Source: an uncultured Verrucomicrobiae bacterium (lineage in GTDB: Bacteria > Verrucomicrobiota > Verrucomicrobiia > Chthoniobacterales > JAFAMB01). From it: a stretch of DNA of 64,000 bases. The position numbers and the translations under genes were made by a program. The notes beneath the pieces were generated by a model. The model was not told where the DNA came from. It saw only the letters and a program-made list of their open reading frames with translations, and did not search any database. The DNA lies in NCBI GenBank assembly GCA_963762565.1, contig CAVXLD010000001.1, positions 1,184,001 through 1,248,000 on the forward strand. Reading direction: 5' to 3'. Below are positions 18,120 through 27,380 of this stretch, piece by piece. Each line of letters opens with the position of its first letter. Positions within the stretch are counted from its first letter, which is position 1.

Positions 18120-19060
18120 ATGCCATTGCCAACCGATGAGAAACTGCTGGCTCTAAGCCAGGATCTGCTCAAGCAATTCGATACCATCTTCGGTTTACAT
18201 CCAGGTTTTCGCGCGGCGCACGCTCGCGGGACCATGCTCACCGGTACTTTTACGCCTGCTCCTGACGCTGCATCCCTGACCAGAGCTCCCCATATCACCC
18301 GCGAATCGACTCCGGTTACCGCACGATTCTCTAGCTCAACCGGCATTCCGCTGTTGCCGGACAACGATCCGAATGCCAACCCGCGGGGGTTAGCCATCCG
18401 GTTTCATCTCGGCGAGCATGTGCACACGGACATTGTGAGCCATTCGATCGATGCCTTCCCTGCGAGGAACGCGCAGGAATTTCTAGAATTTTTGCGGGCG
18501 GTTGCAGCCAGCGGACCCGACGTTCCGTCACCGAAACCGGTTGAGATATTCTTGGGTTCACATCCGGCAGCGCTCGCTTTTGTACAAGCTCCGAAGCCGA
18601 GTCCGGCCAGTTTCGCCAAAGAAAACTTCTACGGAGTGACGGCGATGCGCTTCATCAACAAAGAGGGCGCCAGCCGTTACGGTCGATACCGGATTCTACC
18701 TGACGCCGGCGTCGAACATCTCGATCCGGAGATTACAAAGGACAAAGGGCCAGATTTCCTTTTCGATGAGTTAAGCGAACGGATCGCCGCGGGGCCGATT
18801 AGTTTTCAAATCTTTGCTCAGCTCGCGAACGAAGGTGACGAGGTCAACGACGTCACCGTGCATTGGCCCGAAGATCGACCTTTAGCGCGGCTCGGCCAGA
18901 TCGTTTTAACTGCACCGGCCGAAAATGACGCCCAAGAGCAGAAGAAAATTATCTTCGATCCAATCCCGCGAGTCGACGGGATCGAGCCATCGGATGATCC
19001 ATGTTGGAGGTACGTGCCGCGGTTTATCTGCTGAGCGGACGGCGACGACGCCAAGCGTAA
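18120..19060 (+). CDS. Catalase-related peroxidase, copy 2, frameshifted near 19001
   Basis: Matches copy 1 (two aa changes) until DDP; a 1-nt deletion then gives CWRYVPRFIC* at 19034 and loses RAAVY. Confidence 0.85.
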
Positions 19061-19325
19061 AAAGGATTCACCACAAAGACACGAAGAACACAAAGACAAT
19101 CCCAACCGCAGATGAACGCAGATTTAGAAGGGACCGTGCCACGCGCTCAGCGAAAGATGGCGCCACGAATGCACACGAAGCATTCGACGCAGCTTTGGCC
19201 GGTCTTTAGGTGGTTTGACCAATTCGTGTGCACAACGTGGCTTTTTTATCTGCGTTAATCCGTGTTCATCTGCGGTTGGCCTTTCGTTCGTGTTCTTTGC
19301 GCCTTTGTGGTGAGTGCACTGCGGA

Positions 19326-20057
19326 TTACTCCCGGCGGGCCTCGAAGTAGGTGTTACAGATTTCGAGGATGATGGTATTGGGTCCTTCGACCAAAACGGT
19401 TTCACCCGGCACCGCCTCACTGCCGTTCAGGGATAGTTCGGCGATCTTCACATTCGGGTGATTAATGGTGATCTGCTTAACTGCAGATGCCGCGATCCCG
19501 AGCTGGTTAAAGTCCACGTGCGATCTGCTACCGGAATCGCCCTGAGCAAACTCTTGTGCGCCGAGCATGTTCGTTGAGCTCCCCGAGCTTGGTACATTGG
19601 TCGTTTTCCAACGGAAACTGTCGGCGCGATATTCTATCTCGGTGCCTACCAGGGTTTGCGCCTGTTTGCTGTCCAGGCACGTGACCGTATCGGCAGGCAA
19701 TACTTTATGGACGATCCATTTCCCAAGCAGCTCCGGAGGGATTTTACCGACGGGCGTGGTATTCGATCCTGCTTGGGCAACTAACTGTTCAAGAAAATCG
19801 GCTCGCGCTTTTGTGGCCTGAGCTAAACAGGCAGCATCTTTGCCACATTTTTGATCTCGTTGCTTGAGCCAGTCCAATTCCTGCCTGCGCAACTCCGCCA
19901 GTTTAGCTGGGTTACCACGGAGTTGTGCCACTCGCTGTTGGTAGGCCTGATTAAGGCGGGCGTCTTCCTGACTAAGCCCGGCTTCTTGCGCGGCCGAGAT
20001 AGTGGCGCAGGCGCCGGCTGCCAATAGGATGATGCCCTTATGTAACCTGCATTTCAT
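19326..20057 (-). CDS. Secreted LprI/DUF1311-like protein, copy 2
   Basis: Translation identical to copy 1. Confidence 0.75.
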   Translation of the reverse strand: MKCRLHKGIILLAAGACATISAAQEAGLSQEDARLNQAYQQRVAQLRGNPAKLAELRRQELDWLKQRDQKCGKDAACLAQATKARADFLEQLVAQAGSNTTPVGKIPPELLGKWIVHKVLPADTVTCLDSKQAQTLVGTEIEYRADSFRWKTTNVPSSGSSTNMLGAQEFAQGDSGSRSHVDFNQLGIAASAVKQITINHPNVKIAELSLNGSEAVPGETVLVEGPNTIILEICNTYFEARRE

Positions 20058-20113
20058 TTTCCACGGTTCCGACCGAGTCGGCCTCGCAAGCGAGGCAGCG
20101 CTCCACGGTTTTG

Positions 20114-20773
20114 CTAGCTGGGGAGAGCGAAACAAACGATCTCGTTTACCGCTCGATGGTTTGACCAAAAGTTCGATCCGTCAAAAGCCAATGAACGGCA
20201 TGGGAACGGCACCTTGGCTAAGTCCTCGATGCGGGATGAGCCGGAGGATTGTAAATTCAAACGGGCGATGCTCCAATCTTCGTTCCCCTGCTCCGTTCCA
20301 CGCAGAACGTAAATCGCTCCCCCGAAATAGGTGTGCCCGCAAATCTCAGCGCCAATGTCGTACGTCTCCAGGATACTTCCGCTAGGATCGAGTTTCAGAA
20401 TACGATGCTTATACCATTGGCTAAGATAGACGTGGCTGCCGTCGTAGCTCAGGTAGGATCCGGTAAACTCCGGACAAGCAACCCGATCGGTTTCGGAGAA
20501 TCCACTATCGGAAGAATAACGTCGCAGATACCGATCGTCCGCGGCTCCTTCTCCGATATTGAAACAGAGCGCTTCACCGGTTGAGACAGCCGCCCATGGT
20601 ATTCCTGGCGCTTCGGTTTCTTTGAATACGCGCAGACTTTCCGGCTCAATCCCGTAAATACGCCGTAAGTCACGCGAGCCCATCCATAAGGCATCGTTGT
20701 GCCAAGCTAACGCTTGAGGTGTCACGGCAGGGGAAGCGACGCGCCTGCGTTCTTTAATTGCTGGTAGCGACAT
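20114..20773 (-). CDS. Hypothetical beta-propeller protein, copy 2
   Basis: Duplicate of 16842-17501 (GIPW instead of GIPS). Confidence 0.7.
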   Translation of the reverse strand: MSLPAIKERRRVASPAVTPQALAWHNDALWMGSRDLRRIYGIEPESLRVFKETEAPGIPWAAVSTGEALCFNIGEGAADDRYLRRYSSDSGFSETDRVACPEFTGSYLSYDGSHVYLSQWYKHRILKLDPSGSILETYDIGAEICGHTYFGGAIYVLRGTEQGNEDWSIARLNLQSSGSSRIEDLAKVPFPCRSLAFDGSNFWSNHRAVNEIVCFALPS

Positions 20774-20781
20774 GGGGGGTT

Positions 20782-20925
20782 CGGGTTGCGGGTTAGGAGT
20801 CACGGGTTTCGAGTTACGAGTTATGCGTTGTGGGTTGGAACTTGCAGGTCGGCGAGCGCACCGAATGTCTCGGCTTCGACAACGCCAACCCGTAACCCGC
20901 AACCCGTAACTCGCAACTCCTAACC
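20782..20925. repeat. Heptamer-arm inverted-repeat element (CGRGTTR / YAACYCG)
   Basis: Eight 7-mers CGGGTTG CGGGTTA GGAGTCA CGGGTTT CGAGTTA CGAGTTA TGCGTTG TGGGTTG (20782-20837), with the complementary arm CAACCCG TAACCCG CAACCCG TAACTCG CAACTCC TAACC (20886-20925). Confidence 0.8.
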
Positions 20926-20926
20926 T

Positions 20927-22021
20927 CTACCTGGCTCCGGATGACTCGCGTATCACCAGTTTGCTGTCTAACAAAATGTCGCGTACGGGCATATCCGGCC
21001 TGGCAATCCGCTCCAGCATAGCACCAACCGCAGCCGTGCCGATCTCCCGGCAGGGTTGATGGACAGTGGTCAATGGTACCGGCAAGAGCTTGGCATATTC
21101 GACATCATCAATTCCCACAATTCGGACATCCGACGGGATGCGATAATTTAGATGCATCAAGGTATGCATTAGACGCCCAGCCGTCCGATCATTTGCGCCG
21201 ACAACTCCGTCCGGCTCTAGCAGCTCCATTAAATGGCGAACCTCATCCTCGTCACCGGTCTCCAAGCTTTGAACCAGCGCTGGGTCGATCGGAGCACCAA
21301 ACACAAACAGAGCTTCTCTATAGCCAGCAATCCGCGCTGCCACCGTCGAAGCGGAATTCGAATAGGCCAGAAAAGCGATTCGCCGGCAGCCCAACTTGAG
21401 CAGATGCTCGGTGATCATGTAGCCGGCCCGGCGGTGATCGATTCCAACTAGATCGTGCCTGCTCCGTTCCGGATAGGGCAAGAAACAGCGATCAATCAAT
21501 ACGACCGGTATACGTGCCCGTTCGAGAGCAAAGATGATACGCTGATTGGTTTCGTCGCTCTCAGCGCCTCGCTCAAGTGGGGCAAAGAAAACGCCGCCCA
21601 CTTTCTTGCGAATATATTGTTGGCAGAGATCCCAGGTTTGATTGGATTTGGTCGCAGGATCCGGCGTCAAATTGCCCCAGAGCAAAGCATGCTTAGACGC
21701 TTGCGGCGCCTCAGACATCCCCTGCCGGATCGGACCAAAGATTTCCGTGTCGGCAACGTTCGGAAACAATAATCCGAACAGCAAGCCAGCCTCATCCACC
21801 GGTCCACTTCCAACATAGGTGCCAGACCCCGGTCGCCGCTCAATCAGGCCGGCCTGTTGCAACTCCCGCAGGGCTCTACCGACTGTAATTCTGGAAGTCT
21901 CAAATCGTTTGATGAGAGCCGCTTCACTGGGAAGCTTTTGACCGGGTTGATACCGCCCCGAGACGATATCCGTTTTTATCGTCTCGAGCACCTGACGGTA
22001 TTTGGGTATGCTGGCGCTCAC
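20927..22021 (-). CDS. GntR-HTH / LacI sugar-binding domain regulator (AraR-like)
   Basis: PKYRQV...KLPSEAAL...SRITVGRAL..L...GLIERRPGSGTYV; C-terminal IPSDVRIVGIDD, PLTTVHQP, LVIRESS. Confidence 0.92.
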   Translation of the reverse strand: MSASIPKYRQVLETIKTDIVSGRYQPGQKLPSEAALIKRFETSRITVGRALRELQQAGLIERRPGSGTYVGSGPVDEAGLLFGLLFPNVADTEIFGPIRQGMSEAPQASKHALLWGNLTPDPATKSNQTWDLCQQYIRKKVGGVFFAPLERGAESDETNQRIIFALERARIPVVLIDRCFLPYPERSRHDLVGIDHRRAGYMITEHLLKLGCRRIAFLAYSNSASTVAARIAGYREALFVFGAPIDPALVQSLETGDEDEVRHLMELLEPDGVVGANDRTAGRLMHTLMHLNYRIPSDVRIVGIDDVEYAKLLPVPLTTVHQPCREIGTAAVGAMLERIARPDMPVRDILLDSKLVIRESSGAR

Positions 22022-22032
22022 ATTTTATATAC

Positions 22033-22055
22033 GTAATATCGAAACCTGATATTAC
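22033..22055. promoter_or_regulatory. Inverted repeat, candidate autoregulatory operator
   Basis: GTAATATC-N7-GATATTAC immediately upstream of the regulator start. Confidence 0.4.
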
Positions 22056-22820
22056 AACTTAAGATGTTGATAATGAGCAATTAACATTGGGTTTTAACCC
22101 AATCCACACTGATTTAATCTAATGTGCCCTGGAATCACTTCCAGTACTGCTATATGTGATCCTTAGCTCCAATTGAGAGCAACAAGGTTCTTTAAACAAA
22201 ATCGCAAGACTGTGGCTCAGAGGGCTCCTTTTGGCAGAATTTCTGGGCATTCCGGAAAGCGTTTCGTTATACGGACGCCCAATCCAGGATGCTGAGAAAA
22301 ACTAAGAAAGGTCAAATATGGAAGGAATAGTATTCGCGTTTTTTGTTCTGAAGAATGGATATGAGCGGCCGGCCAGGAACATTCCTGAGCCTCAGTTTCA
22401 ACCGTTCAATCTTGCGGCGCTTAGATTGCCGAAAGACACGGATGAGACAACCCGCGGTGCCAAGGCAAATCGGCAACCAGCGTTAGCAGTTTCAGCGGCG
22501 TGCTGAGCGCCTCTGTTGTTGAGTAACAATGATCGTCGGGGTTGCACTCAAGGTTAGTCTCCTGTCCGTCCGGGCAGGTTCGTCTAGTCCTAGTGCAATT
22601 CCGATTTGATCGGTCGTCCCGTAAGGACTGAACGATCGTAGCGGCTCGACTGAGCTCGCCGAAGTCCTGGCAATTTCTTGCCAGGGAAGTGTGTGAAAAG
22701 GCACCGTCCCAGCGGGACGGTATGAGATACGGTTAGCGATGTACTTAGATTTCGAGCTATGCCGATCCGCAGCTTCAGACCCGATCCAGCGTCGGACTAT
22801 GCCCAAATTAAAGACCTGTT

Positions 22821-22848
22821 CGCGGCGCGCGGGGACGCGCGCCCTCCC
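22821..22848. repeat. Solo REP arm (GGGAGGG family)
   Basis: CGCGGCGCGCGGGGACGCGCGCCCTCCC. Confidence 0.7.
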
Positions 22849-22872
22849 CCACCTCGTGCTCTGACTGTTCCG

Positions 22873-24180
22873 CTATCGCCCAGAGCGGAAACGTTCTTTA
22901 AGAGTCGGAAAGGTATTCATCAGGAGGAACACAGATTTCGCGAAAAGTTTCTGCAGACCTTCCGAATGGAGTCGTTCCATATTGTGTAGCGACAAGCGAA
23001 CCGCGTGGAAGCCGTGTTCAATCATCTCTCGTTCGTAGGCGGCTAGCGCATCCAGAAGGAGAACCTCTCCCCTGGCAGCTTTGACCAACGCACGCTTTAA
23101 GGCGGCCGCATCTCGCAAAGCCATGTTAGCGCCCATGCCGCGATATGGCGTCATATTGTGCAAGGCATCTCCTAGCAAGGTGACATTTCTGGTCTGCCAG
23201 GGAGGAACAGGAACCGATGTTTTGATCGGAAACATACTAAGATCGGACGTTCTGTTAACGATCTCCCGAAGAGCAGGATCCCAACCCTTCATCAGCGTTA
23301 GCGCCGCTCTCTTGAGGTCTTCAGGTATGGGAGCTTGTTGATTACCGGTCGAGCCGAATTTCTCCCGGCGAGCAGAAAAACCCCACATCAGGTATTCCTC
23401 GCGGTTTGTAAATGGTGAACTCGTTTCGGCCGAATCTATCCTGTCTTGGAGGGTTGGGTCAGTGAGATTCGAGTCTCCGTATTCGACGGCATTGGTGAAG
23501 AGAAAACAACCTTTTCGTCCCAGGACTAGAGTAGGTCCAAGGAATACTGCCGGTGGCGCCATCTTACGGACCGCGTCATTCAAGCCAAGTTTACCAGCCA
23601 CTGACAGGAGCCCGGTCTCGACGCGTTGCGCGTGCGGGAGTAACTGTGTCCTAACCCGGGAGCTGGCTCCGTCGGCGCCTATTAAAACATCCCCGGTAGC
23701 GCTCGAACCATCTTCGAAGAGGACCTTCACGGCTCCTTCCGGCGTGTCTTCAAAGCTGACGAATTTCTTGCCAAACTGCACAACCCCATCGAGCCCTTCC
23801 AGCAGGACGCGACGGAGTGCGATACGGGTGATGGGCCGCTCACAGTCCGGGGAATATGGATCGGTCTCCAAGATCTTGATACCCAGCAGCAGCTTTAATC
23901 GTTCATCTAGAAACGAAACCGCCCGGCTCGGCTTCAGTGAGTTTTTGACCAGGGTCGCAAAAACCGAATCTGGCAAACAGTCTTTCAGCGCCCGGTTACC
24001 CGTCGGATTGATACTGAGACGGTAACCGCCCTGCCGATCGAAAGGGACCGGGTCACGCTCAAAGACCTGAACTGAAATTTTTTCCGATCTCAAACCTTGG
24101 GCGAGACAAAGGCCTCCGGTACCGGCTCCGATGACGAGGACTTTCAGCGGGTGCTTAGCTTCCTGAAGAGTCTGACTCAT
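22873..24180 (-). CDS. FAD-dependent monooxygenase (group A flavoprotein)
   Basis: VIGAGTGG, DVLIGADGASSRVR (DG motif), VTLLGDALHNMTPYRGMGANMALRDA (GD motif). Confidence 0.92.
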   Translation of the reverse strand: MSQTLQEAKHPLKVLVIGAGTGGLCLAQGLRSEKISVQVFERDPVPFDRQGGYRLSINPTGNRALKDCLPDSVFATLVKNSLKPSRAVSFLDERLKLLLGIKILETDPYSPDCERPITRIALRRVLLEGLDGVVQFGKKFVSFEDTPEGAVKVLFEDGSSATGDVLIGADGASSRVRTQLLPHAQRVETGLLSVAGKLGLNDAVRKMAPPAVFLGPTLVLGRKGCFLFTNAVEYGDSNLTDPTLQDRIDSAETSSPFTNREEYLMWGFSARREKFGSTGNQQAPIPEDLKRAALTLMKGWDPALREIVNRTSDLSMFPIKTSVPVPPWQTRNVTLLGDALHNMTPYRGMGANMALRDAAALKRALVKAARGEVLLLDALAAYEREMIEHGFHAVRLSLHNMERLHSEGLQKLFAKSVFLLMNTFPTLKERFRSGR

Positions 24181-24182
24181 AA

Positions 24183-24240
24183 TTTCAACCATTTGGTTGA
24201 AAATTGATCCGCTCAACCAGTTTGTCAACCAACTGGTTGA
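24183..24240. promoter_or_regulatory. Two palindromic TetR-type operators
   Basis: TTTCAACCA-TT-TGGTTGAAA (24183-24202) and TCAACCA-AC-TGGTTGA (24225-24240), plus an extra half-site at 24213. Confidence 0.75.
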
Positions 24241-24278
24241 AATCCTACGCGGCCTGATCCAATATTGATCTTAATAAC

Positions 24279-24911
24279 GTGCCTCACTCTAAACCGGACC
24301 CGGCCAAGACCGCAGGCAAAGCGCTAAAGTCTAAAGAATCAGCCAAAAGCAATGAAAGGCGTCGCGAGATCGTCCACGCCGCCTATCAGACTCTGGCCGA
24401 AAAAGGATTTGAGGGACTTCGGATGCGGGAGATCGCTAAACGAGCCGGTATTGATCATTCAACATTGCACTACTATTTCTCGGGAAAGGAGTCGCTGATC
24501 GATGGAGTCGTTGACTACATCATTCAGGACCTGGCGATTGGGCGGCCGGATATGGAGAGGGAATTAAGTCCGCGCGAGCTGCTCGCAGGCCATTTTAATG
24601 CGCTCGTCCGCCAAATGGAACAAACACCAGAGATGTTTGTCGTGCTGGTGGAGCTACAAGCCCGAGCCCTGCGCGAACCCGCGCTGCGAGCGATTTTCGC
24701 AAAAAACGACCGTGGTTGGAAAGGCTTTCTACTAGAAATACTCCGAGCGGGGATTCAGAAAAAAGAGTTCCCCGCGACGCTACAGCCGGAGGTAACAGCC
24801 GACGTCATCATTGCCATGGTTAGAGGCCTAAGCACAACTTTTTCGGGCCGGCCCGAACTGATGAAACGTCCTCTTCAACAACTGCTCCGGTGGGTTGAAG
24901 GCAACGACTAA
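24279..24911 (+). CDS. TetR/AcrR family transcriptional regulator
   Basis: RRREIVHAA...KGFEGLRMREIAKRAGIDHSTLHYYFSGKESL; divergent from the monooxygenase. Confidence 0.93.
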   Translation: MPHSKPDPAKTAGKALKSKESAKSNERRREIVHAAYQTLAEKGFEGLRMREIAKRAGIDHSTLHYYFSGKESLIDGVVDYIIQDLAIGRPDMERELSPRELLAGHFNALVRQMEQTPEMFVVLVELQARALREPALRAIFAKNDRGWKGFLLEILRAGIQKKEFPATLQPEVTADVIIAMVRGLSTTFSGRPELMKRPLQQLLRWVEGND

Positions 24912-24947
24912 GCAGGTGCGTTTCTAGTTTGGTGCGACAATGCAGAC

Positions 24948-26060
24948 CTATTCGCGGCGCGCGAGGACGCGCGCCCTCCCTGCTGACGGATCCTTTACCA
25001 ACACCATCTTTGCCAGAGGCATCGAGGTCCTCTCTGGCGCAGCGGCCAACCGCGCGGCCATGCGCTCCTCCAAACGCTCAATGAACTGAGCTGCACGAGC
25101 AACACGGTTATCCAAGCCGGCAGCCAGGGTAGGTCCAACCGAGGCTCGGGAAAAAGCGGCCCAACGTGCGCCAAAAGCCCGGGCATCACCATCCTCTTCG
25201 AATTCGCTCCACACATGGTCTTCGCCGTAGAAAATCTCGAGCTCTTCGACTGAGAGCCCTGCGAAACTTCCTGTCTCCGCAAAGGGCGCAATAAATTCCT
25301 TACGGCTTCGGCCATAAGTCGGGATCACCATGCGACGCATCTCCGATGCGTTGATAAATCTCTCTTCAACTAAGTCCGTTAGGCTACCATAAATGGCTTC
25401 GACAGAGGCCCGGTAACCGAAATCACCTTGATCATCAACCGCCATGCTCAATAGCACGAGCCGGGCTCCAGGTCGCAATTCAGCGCCCCGATGGGCGAGA
25501 AAATTCCGCCAATCTTGCGCAGCCTGAACAGAAAAAACTGCTCTCGCCGCAGGATCGCGACTATACGCAACTTGTACTTGGTCAGGGATAGATGCTGGGG
25601 CTCGGCTGAGCCATTGTACCGCCCAGGAACTCCATCCTAAGGTCACACTCGACTCAGGCAAAATCTGCTCGTAAAACGATCTACCAACTGCATAGGGAAA
25701 CACGGCAGTATTCTCCCACAGGTAACTGGCAGGATCCGAGGCTAGCATCTGGAACAGCGCGCCGAAATCGTTACCTGGTAGGTCGGTGTGTACCACCGAG
25801 ATAGCCCGTTTCTTGCCGATGCGCTGGCGAAGGACTTCAATCGCCACGCGCAGAGGAACAAGAGAGTTGCGGCCCTCCGACGAGCCATAATCTGCAATCA
25901 CGATCGGTTCGGGGACGGGTGGTAATAAAACTTCCTGCGCTGCTTTCTCAAGCAACGGTACCGCCGGCGATGAACCGGCAGCCTGCACTCGGGAGCTCCG
26001 ATTGTAGGCTCCACGCCCCTCCATGGGCGACGGCCCGTTTAGTTCAGAGCATTCGGCCAT
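24948..26060 (-). CDS. SABATH-family SAM-dependent carboxyl methyltransferase (Methyltransf_7)
   Basis: MEGRGAYNRSSRVQ, IADYGSSEGRNS, DLPGNDF, GRSFYEQILP.SSV, SSWAVQWLS, DWRNFLAHRGAELRPGARLVL. Confidence 0.88.
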   Translation of the reverse strand: MAECSELNGPSPMEGRGAYNRSSRVQAAGSSPAVPLLEKAAQEVLLPPVPEPIVIADYGSSEGRNSLVPLRVAIEVLRQRIGKKRAISVVHTDLPGNDFGALFQMLASDPASYLWENTAVFPYAVGRSFYEQILPESSVTLGWSSWAVQWLSRAPASIPDQVQVAYSRDPAARAVFSVQAAQDWRNFLAHRGAELRPGARLVLLSMAVDDQGDFGYRASVEAIYGSLTDLVEERFINASEMRRMVIPTYGRSRKEFIAPFAETGSFAGLSVEELEIFYGEDHVWSEFEEDGDARAFGARWAAFSRASVGPTLAAGLDNRVARAAQFIERLEERMAARLAAAPERTSMPLAKMVLVKDPSAGRARVLARRE

Positions 26061-26078
26061 TTCGATTACCCAGTCTAG

Positions 26079-27023
26079 TTATAAGCCTGCGCGGCTAGGT
26101 TTGAGTAACATGACCACGAGAACACCTACAAGAATGAAAAGCGCCCCGATCAAATGGTAAGAGAGCAGGTGTTCGCCAAGAAGAAAATAAGCCAGGATCG
26201 CGACAAAGACAGTTTGTAGGTAGAGAAAAACACCGGCTCGGGAGGCGCCTAACGCTTGCACACTCAAATTGAACAAATAGTACATCAGAGCGCCGCCGGG
26301 CCCAGCGGTGTAAATCAACGCCCAAAAACCTTTCGTGCTCAGAGCGGTTCGCTCGTCGTGCATTAGTTCCCAAGTGTAGAAAGGAGTGGCTGCTACCACT
26401 CCTGCTCCCAGGAGCACGACCAAGAGCGGCAAACCCGGCAGTTCATACTTCGCCTTCCGCAGCAATACGGTATACAGGGCAAAGGCCATCGCCGCGCCAA
26501 CCACAAAGAGGTCTCCAACATTTAGATCGAGACGGAGCAATGCCCACAAATCTCCGCGGGTCACAATGATAGCCATCCCGACGAAAGCGATGATTGAACC
26601 AATAAACTGCCAGGTACCGACCGGCTCGTTCAATAGGAAGCGCGCCAGAACCATCGTCATCACCGGCATCAAAGCAATAATCAATCCGGCATTAATCGCG
26701 GTAGTATAGTTCAGGCCCATATAAATGAGGCCTTGAGTGATTGATAAACCCAGGCCGCCGATTATCAGGAGTGAGAGCCATCTTTGTCGAATTAGGCCGA
26801 TCATCGCAGACCAATGCCGATGAGTAACGGGAAGTAGGATGAGACAGGCAATAAAGACTCGCCAGAAACAGAGTGCCCAAGGGGGCATTTCGCTAATCAC
26901 TGCCTTAGCAGCAATATAAACGCCGGCTGATAACAGCCAGCAAAGGACAGCTAGGCCAGCCGCAATATGTGTATTTGCGTTAGAAGCTACATCAACCGCG
27001 GTTTGTTTTGGTGCAGCCGGCAT
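26079..27023 (-). CDS. DMT/EamA family transporter (10 TM)
   Basis: Two EamA repeats: PPWALCFWR, GLNYTTAINAGLIIALMP, LGASRAGVFLYL, LLGE. Confidence 0.9.
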   Translation of the reverse strand: MPAAPKQTAVDVASNANTHIAAGLAVLCWLLSAGVYIAAKAVISEMPPWALCFWRVFIACLILLPVTHRHWSAMIGLIRQRWLSLLIIGGLGLSITQGLIYMGLNYTTAINAGLIIALMPVMTMVLARFLLNEPVGTWQFIGSIIAFVGMAIIVTRGDLWALLRLDLNVGDLFVVGAAMAFALYTVLLRKAKYELPGLPLLVVLLGAGVVAATPFYTWELMHDERTALSTKGFWALIYTAGPGGALMYYLFNLSVQALGASRAGVFLYLQTVFVAILAYFLLGEHLLSYHLIGALFILVGVLVVMLLKPSRAGL

Positions 27024-27257
27024 AGTGGGTCGAAAGGTTGTCGCTCTATCAGTAGGGGATTTCGACACCAGAGCATCGCGGACCATTAAATGCCCTACCC
27101 ACAGATGTATCCATATGCTCTGTGGATAAACAGCCAAAACGCAGTCTCCTTGAAAAACTTTCCGGCTTCAGTCACGTTGCGACAACTGACAGAAGATCGC
27201 GAAGACTAAATAATGCACAAGAAGATCACAAAGGCCACAAAGACAGAAATTCTTCAT

Positions 27258-27343
27258 AGAAGGTAACGAAGCAAACGAAGGCTAAGGCGACAGGCTCCAG
27301 GCCATTTGCTGACCTTTTCTTTCGATACCTTCGTGCCTTCTGT
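27258..27343. repeat. Degenerate inverted-repeat element with 9-nt periodic arms (ACGAAGG..)
   Basis: AGAAGGTAACGAAGCAAACGAAG ... TTCGATACCTTCGTGCCTTCTGT. Confidence 0.5.
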
Positions 27344-27380
27344 AAAAATTGGGGTCTTTTTTCACCCCCCACTGACCAAT

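Larger units (their letters stand above)
14276..20818. repeat. Direct tandem duplication of a ~3.27-kb four-gene unit
   Basis: Copy 1 at 14276-17545 and copy 2 at 17546-20818; near-identical with scattered SNPs and indels. Confidence 0.97.

Noticed and set aside
27024..27230. Riboswitch upstream of the EamA-SABATH pair
   Set aside because: No SAM, SAH or other riboswitch consensus recognisable by eye. An Rfam/Infernal scan would be needed.
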